Assembly: GCA_963767925.1 (NCBI GenBank)
Contig: CAVYGB010000001.1
Location: 1-64,000 of the forward strand
Length of the DNA: 64,000 bases
Direction: 5' to 3'
From: an uncultured delta proteobacterium
Lineage (GTDB): Bacteria; Myxococcota_A; Polyangia; Fen-1088
Shown here: positions 58,703 to 64,000 of the stretch, piece by piece
Numbering within the stretch: the first letter of the stretch is position 1
Layout: each line of letters begins with the position of its first letter
Notes under the pieces: generated by a model
Seen by the model: only the letters and a program-made list of their open reading frames with translations
What the model was told of the DNA's origin: nothing
The model's database searches: none
Made by a program: the position numbers and the translations under genes

Positions 58703-60538
58703 ATGTGTCCTGATCGTCGCCGAACCGTTGCTGCTCGGCCGCCGGGCCTGACGCCTCGCATTTTATTTGTTGTAGCGGCCGGTCTGCTGGCCGCCTGCGG
58801 CGGCGAACCAGGGGAGGCCCCTCCGGTCGGGGGTGGCCCCGCTGACCCCGGGACGCCCGCCCCGGGAGGGCCCCGACCGCCCGCGCCGGTGCCGCCCGCA
58901 GGTGATCCGGCGCCGCCCGTGCCCGCCCCCGCGCCCGCGCCGGGGACGCCCCCCGCTCCGGGGCCGGCTCCGAGCGACCCGGGTGCCCCGCCGGCGCCGC
59001 CACCTCCCGCGGCCGGCGCGAGCGACCCGCGCGCGGTCACCTTCGCTCCGCCGAGCGGCACCTTCCGGGGCACGCAGCTGGTGACGCTGTCGGCGGGCGC
59101 CGGGCTGCCGATCCGCTACACGACCGACGGGTCGCTGCCGACCCGCACCTCGCCGCTCTACGCCGGGCCGCTGTCGATCGCCGCGACAACCCTGGTGCGG
59201 GCGCTGGTCAGCGACGAGGCGGGCGAGGGCCCGGTGGCGGCCGCGGCCTACCTGCCGGTGGCCGACGACGCCGCGGCCTTCAGCTCGAACCTGCCCGTCC
59301 TGCTGCTGCACACCCACCGCGCGGGGACGCTGGCGGTCGTGCGCGACGGGCCCAAGGTGCCGGGCTTCGCCCTCGTGTTCGAGCCGGGCGCCGCCGGCCG
59401 GGCGTCGCTCCTGGGCCCCGCCACCGTCGCCTCCCGGGCGGGCCTGCGCATCCGGGGCGGCAGCTCTCTGCGCTTTCCCCAGAAGAGCTACGGCGTGGAG
59501 CTTTACCACCCGGGCAGCGACGAGGACGACGACCGGGCCCTGTTCGGCTGGCCCTCCTCCTCGGACTACGCGCTCATCGGCGCCAGCCGGGCCGACCGCA
59601 GCCTGATGCGCAACGCGCTCGCCTTCTCCCTGAGCAATCAGATCGGCCGCTACGCCCCGCGCGCCCGCTTCGTCGAGGCCTTCCTGGTGGAGAGCGGCGG
59701 TGAGGTGGCCCAGCGCCACTACCTCGGCGTCTTCACCCTGGCCGAGAAGATCAAGCAGGGGAAGATGCGGGTGCCGGTGGCCAAGCTGGAGGCCACCGAC
59801 CTCGGCGAGCCGGCGTCGACCGGCGGCTACGTCATCCGCATCGATCAGCACGAGACCCACTTCTCGGCCGGTGGGCTCTCCTTCAACTTCGTCTACCCGA
59901 CCTGGGCCAATATCAACGTGCCCGCCCGGCGCCCGCAGCGCACGTACATCCAGGGGTACCTGCAGCAGTTCATCGACGCCGTCGGCCGGCCCGACTTTAC
60001 CAACCCCACGACGGGCAAACACTACCGGGAGTACGTCGACGTCCCCGCCTTCATCGATCACAACCTGCTGAACGCGCTGTTCAAGAACGTGGACGGCCTG
60101 CGCTACTCGGCCTATTTCTACAAGGACCGGGGCGGGCTGCTGGCGGCGGGCCCGCTGTGGGACTTCGATCGCTCGTCGGGCACCCGCTTCGACGACGAAT
60201 ACGGCAACCGGGCGGCCGAGCCGCGCGAGTGGTCGCGCGGCGACGGCACCGACCCGCTGCGCACCCACTTCTGGGGCCGCCTGTTCGCCGACCCGGCCTT
60301 CAAGGCGGCCTACCTGCAGCGGTTCGAGGCGCTGACCGGCGGGGAGGGCGCGCTGTCGGTCCCCCGCATCCAGGCCCAGGTCGACACGCTGGCGGCCGAG
60401 CTGGTCGAGGCCCAGGCCCGGCACTTCGCCCGCTGGCGCGAGCTGCCCCCCGGCGGTGGCTCGCACGCCGCCGAGGTCAAGGCGCTCAAGGACTGGTTCG
60501 CCGCCCGCATCCCCTGGATGTCCGGCGCGCTCCGCTGA
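58703..60538 (+). CDS. CotH kinase family lipoprotein with chitobiase/FN3-associated domain
   Basis: Lipobox LAAC; IRYTTDGS.PT..SPLY..P; IRGGSS..FPQKSY, DRSLMRN.LA, YLGVF.L.EKIK, N.DG, AGPLWDFD. Confidence 0.92.
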   Translation: MCPDRRRTVAARPPGLTPRILFVVAAGLLAACGGEPGEAPPVGGGPADPGTPAPGGPRPPAPVPPAGDPAPPVPAPAPAPGTPPAPGPAPSDPGAPPAPPPPAAGASDPRAVTFAPPSGTFRGTQLVTLSAGAGLPIRYTTDGSLPTRTSPLYAGPLSIAATTLVRALVSDEAGEGPVAAAAYLPVADDAAAFSSNLPVLLLHTHRAGTLAVVRDGPKVPGFALVFEPGAAGRASLLGPATVASRAGLRIRGGSSLRFPQKSYGVELYHPGSDEDDDRALFGWPSSSDYALIGASRADRSLMRNALAFSLSNQIGRYAPRARFVEAFLVESGGEVAQRHYLGVFTLAEKIKQGKMRVPVAKLEATDLGEPASTGGYVIRIDQHETHFSAGGLSFNFVYPTWANINVPARRPQRTYIQGYLQQFIDAVGRPDFTNPTTGKHYREYVDVPAFIDHNLLNALFKNVDGLRYSAYFYKDRGGLLAAGPLWDFDRSSGTRFDDEYGNRAAEPREWSRGDGTDPLRTHFWGRLFADPAFKAAYLQRFEALTGGEGALSVPRIQAQVDTLAAELVEAQARHFARWRELPPGGGSHAAEVKALKDWFAARIPWMSGALR

Positions 60539-60561
60539 GCCGCCCGGCGCTCGGCGGATCT

Positions 60562-60987
60562 TCAGCGCGGTCCAGATGAGCGCGGGGCGCCCGGGCGCGG
60601 GCAATGGCGGTCGATGGCGCCGAGCAGGGTCGAGATCGCCACGGGTTTGCAGAGGATCTCTGCCTGCAGCTCGGCCGAGCGCTGCAGCGCCAGGGGGCCG
60701 GCGCCGGTGAAGATCACCACCGGCACCGCGGCCAGATCCGGGTCGGTCATCATGTGCTGGCGCAGCTCGAACCCGCTCATCCCCGGCATCATCAGGTCCA
60801 GCAGGACCAGGCAGGGCCGGGCGTCGGGCCCCTTGAGCCAGCGCAGCGCCTCGGCCCCGTCGGCGGCGCTCTCCACCCGGTAGCCCTGCAGGCGCAGGAC
60901 CAGCTCGAGGGCCTCCCGGAGATCTCCGTCGTCCTCGACCAGGAGCACCGTCCGCTCGCCGGACGGCGCCGCCGCTGCGCCGCTCAA
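60562..60987 (-). CDS. Single-domain response regulator receiver
   Basis: VLLVEDD, LLDLMMPGMSG, FTG, LCKP; TTGA overlap with kinase stop. Confidence 0.92.
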   Translation of the reverse strand: MSGAAAAPSGERTVLLVEDDGDLREALELVLRLQGYRVESAADGAEALRWLKGPDARPCLVLLDLMMPGMSGFELRQHMMTDPDLAAVPVVIFTGAGPLALQRSAELQAEILCKPVAISTLLGAIDRHCPRPGAPRSSGPR

Positions 60988-63900
60988 GGGCGCTCTTCAC
61001 CCTGGAGCGGAGCGGTGGCCGGCGGCAGCGGCAGGGGGGCGCCGGCGAGGGGCAGCTCGACCGTGAAGATCGCGCCGGCCCCGATCTGGCTCCTGGCGCT
61101 GACCGTCCCGCCGAGGGCGTTCACGATCTGGGTGACGATGTGAAGGCCCAGGCCCAGGCCGCCGTAGTGGCTGGCCAGGACCGCCCGGCTGAAGCGGTCG
61201 AAGATGCGGGGGAGCTGGTCGGCCGGGATGCCGATGCCCTGGTCGGCCACCACCAGCCGGGCCCGGCCGTCCACCACCTGCAGGTTGATCTCGATGGGCC
61301 GCCCGGCGCCGAACTTCATCGCGTTCGACAGGAGGTTGGTCAGGATCTGCTCGAGGCGGCTGCGGTCCCACAGGCCGGTCACGCTGCGCTCGCCCCGCAC
61401 CGTGAGGGTGCAGCGGGTCCGCCTCAGCTCGGGCCCGATCCGATCGGCCACGTTGCCCACCACCGCGGCCAGGTCCACCGGCGCCAGGTCGAGCTGCACC
61501 GGGCCGGCGCTGATGTGGGTGACGTTGAGCAGCTCGCTCACCAGCCCCACCAGCCGCCGCGTCTGCCGGTTGATGATGTGGACGGCCCGGGGCAAGAGCT
61601 CGGGCGCGGTGTCGAGGATCCCGTCCTGCAGGCCCTCCACCATGAGGCGCAAGGTGGCCAGGGGCGTGTTCAGCTCGTGCGAGGCGATCGTCAGGAACTC
61701 GTCGCGCAGGCGGATGGCCTCCTGGGCCTCGCGGTACAGGCGGGCGTTGTCGACCGCCACGGCGGCCCGGCGGGCCAGCTCCTGGGCGACGGTGAGGGTG
61801 GCGGGGCCCTCGGAGGAGAAGGGGGCCGCCGAGACCAGGGCCATGGTGCCCAGCAGCCGCCCCCGGGCCCGCATCGCCAGCAGCAGGGCGCTGCGGCTGC
61901 CGAGGGCCCCGATGTCGGCGATGCTGGCGGCGTCGTAGCCCCAGCCGGCGAGGGCCGCGGCCAGGTCGGGGAAGACCAGGTAGGCCACGCCCCGCTCCAT
62001 CAGATCGATGGCGTAGCGGGGCGGGCCGTTGCGGGCCTGCTCCTCGCGCAGCTTCAGCAGGCTGGGCTCCCGGGCGGGATCGCGGTGGGCGGCCGCCACC
62101 CGCCGGACCTCGCCCGGCGACTCGAGCACGTCGAGCACGCACCAGTCGGCCAGCTCGTCGGCGGCCAGGCGGGCCAGCCGGTTCAAGGTGGCGTCGTAGT
62201 CGAGCGTCTCGGCCAGGGTGTCGCCGGCGTCCGCGAGGAACCGCAGGGAGGCCTCGGCCCGCTTGCGCTCGTCGACCTCGCCGCTGAGCCGCTGGAACAG
62301 CCGGCTGTTCTCCAGGGAGATGGCGGTCTGGCCGGCGAGCACGCCGATGGTCGTCACCCGCTCGGGGGTGAACACCCCCGGCAGGGCCCGGTTCTCCAGG
62401 TACAGGAGGGCGGCCAGCTCGGTCTGCTTGAAGACCGGCAGGCAGAGGACCGACCGCGGGCGCCAGCCGCGCACGTAGCCGTCGTCGGCGAAGCGGCGCT
62501 CGGCACAGGCGTCGTCGAGCACCACCGCCTCGCGCGTGCGCCAGGAGAAGCGGAGGATCGACTCGGGCAGGGGCGGGCGCTTGGCGTCGGCGAGGGCGGG
62601 ATCGATCCGCACCTCGAGGCGATCGCCCTCCACCCGGGCCATCGCCTCGACCGCGAGCGATCCGGCACGCGGCAGGAGCAACACGCCCGCGGTGGCCCCG
62701 CTCTGGGCCAGCAGCACCTCCATCATGGTGTGCAGCAGGTTGCGGGGGATCACCTCCCGGGAGATGGCCTGAGAGGCCTTGATCACCGAGAGCAGGTCGA
62801 TCTGCTGCGGGTTGATCAGCACCGGCGCGGGCGCCGCCACCGAGGTCTCGGCCGCCAGGTGGGGGTAGCGGCGGTCGAGCGCGCGCACCTTGCCGGTGGC
62901 GCCCCAGCGCAGGTAGCGGGCCCGGGCCTCCATCCGGTAGAGGTCGGCCATGGCGGTCAGCCCCTGCGCCTCGCGCACCCCCGCGGCCAGCTCGTAGGCC
63001 AGCGCCTCGTCCTGCACGAAGCCGCCGGCGGCGGCCGCCTCCAGGCTGGCCTGATAGTGCTCGGTCGCCTCCTGCAGCCGCCCGGTGAGGCGGGCGATCT
63101 CCGCCCGGACCAGCGCGTGCAGGTGGTGGAAGCTGGCGGGGTTGGCCTCGGCCCAGGCGCCGAGCCGGGCCTGGTGGCCGGTCAAGGTCAACATCCAGCG
63201 CTCTCGCTCGGCGGGCGTGCCCCGCTCGAACACGCTGGCCAGGACCAGGGCGTGGGTGACGGTCAGCTCCGCCGCCGCCAGGTTGCCGGCTACCGTCCAG
63301 GCCAGCGCGGCGGCCTCCTCGATGGCCGGCAGGGCGGCCGGCCCGTCGCCGGCGAGGAGCTGCAGCCGGGCCCGCACCAGGTGGTACAGGCAGGTGGCCC
63401 GGCGCAAGCGGCCCGGTTCGATCCGGGCGGCGAAGGCCACCTCGTCGAAGCCGGCGTCGGCCAGCGCGCCGGGGCCGCTGGTATGCCCCTGCAGGGCCCG
63501 GATCATCTGGGCCAGCAGGGCGCAGATGTCCTCCAGGTACCGGAAGCCGAGGCGGCGCAGGCGATCGCGGGCGATCTGGGCCCGCTCGGCCACCCGATCG
63601 AGCGGCTCGCCCGCCACCAGCGCGGCCTGGACCTCCTGCAAGGTCGCCAGGGCCACCCCGGTCGAGAGGCCTCCGCCCCGCCAGGCCTCGAGGGCAGCCG
63701 CGGTGTGCGCGCGCGCCTCGGCCAGCGGGCGGGCCCAGAAGGCCGTCTGGGCGAGGCAGAACCGCGCTTGCCCCCGCATCGAGGTGAAGCCGTGTTTGTC
63801 GGCCAGGGCCAGGGCGGCCGTGGCGAAGCGGTGCCCCGTCTCGATCTGGTCCATCCCCGCCAGGATGAAGCCGTGACAGCCGTACCAGAACACCGAGCCC

Positions 63901-64000
63901 TCGGCGTTGCCCCGCTGCAGGCTCAGCGCCACCAGGCGGGCGGCGTGCAGGCGGAACAGGAGGGGGTTGGTGAACACCGCCGAGGAGGTCATCTGCAGCG
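60984..64000 (-). CDS. Large multisensor histidine kinase (helical region-GAF-GAF-HisKA-HATPase), 5' part outside window
   Basis: Y.RWGA.GKV..L, DLLSVIKASQAIS.EV, LYLEN, EFL.IASHEL.TPL, NLLSNAMKFG, DQGIGI, GGLGLGL; typical of kinase/AAA/histidine kinase hybrids. Confidence 0.93.
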   Translation of the reverse strand, partial: LQMTSSAVFTNPLLFRLHAARLVALSLQRGNAEGSVFWYGCHGFILAGMDQIETGHRFATAALALADKHGFTSMRGQARFCLAQTAFWARPLAEARAHTAAALEAWRGGGLSTGVALATLQEVQAALVAGEPLDRVAERAQIARDRLRRLGFRYLEDICALLAQMIRALQGHTSGPGALADAGFDEVAFAARIEPGRLRRATCLYHLVRARLQLLAGDGPAALPAIEEAAALAWTVAGNLAAAELTVTHALVLASVFERGTPAERERWMLTLTGHQARLGAWAEANPASFHHLHALVRAEIARLTGRLQEATEHYQASLEAAAAGGFVQDEALAYELAAGVREAQGLTAMADLYRMEARARYLRWGATGKVRALDRRYPHLAAETSVAAPAPVLINPQQIDLLSVIKASQAISREVIPRNLLHTMMEVLLAQSGATAGVLLLPRAGSLAVEAMARVEGDRLEVRIDPALADAKRPPLPESILRFSWRTREAVVLDDACAERRFADDGYVRGWRPRSVLCLPVFKQTELAALLYLENRALPGVFTPERVTTIGVLAGQTAISLENSRLFQRLSGEVDERKRAEASLRFLADAGDTLAETLDYDATLNRLARLAADELADWCVLDVLESPGEVRRVAAAHRDPAREPSLLKLREEQARNGPPRYAIDLMERGVAYLVFPDLAAALAGWGYDAASIADIGALGSRSALLLAMRARGRLLGTMALVSAAPFSSEGPATLTVAQELARRAAVAVDNARLYREAQEAIRLRDEFLTIASHELNTPLATLRLMVEGLQDGILDTAPELLPRAVHIINRQTRRLVGLVSELLNVTHISAGPVQLDLAPVDLAAVVGNVADRIGPELRRTRCTLTVRGERSVTGLWDRSRLEQILTNLLSNAMKFGAGRPIEINLQVVDGRARLVVADQGIGIPADQLPRIFDRFSRAVLASHYGGLGLGLHIVTQIVNALGGTVSARSQIGAGAIFTVELPLAGAPLPLPPATAPLQGEERP

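Overview
High-GC, myxobacterial-looking chromosomal window, judged from a MYXO-CTERM tail, Cys-rich lipoproteins, PEGA/Ser-Thr kinase modules and a large multisensor kinase. It holds about 55 genes, mostly envelope lipoproteins, hydrolases and signalling proteins (3 complete Ser/Thr kinases, PP2C, 3 single-domain receivers, HD-GYP, a sigma54 activator, and MerR, TetR, AraC and WYL regulators). I saw no rRNA, tRNA, CRISPR array or intact transposase. Family calls come from motif recognition only; no searches were run. The most interesting signals lie between or within genes: (i) a dispersed CACGTG/GTGCAC-saturated composite repeat (26367-26686, smaller copy 8053-8140); (ii) two REP-like palindrome families, one starting on the TAG stop of its host gene and amplified into a 57-bp tandem array; (iii) a group IIC-like intron relic; (iv) two near-identical sigma54 promoter cassettes feeding apparently leaderless ORFs, one an unannotated 71-aa ORF; (v) a translationally coupled lipoprotein-TPR/PEGA-kinase operon; (vi) several deletion-scarred genes, including an alaS whose two ends are fused in frame; (vii) clear operator architectures for the MerR and TetR regulators.
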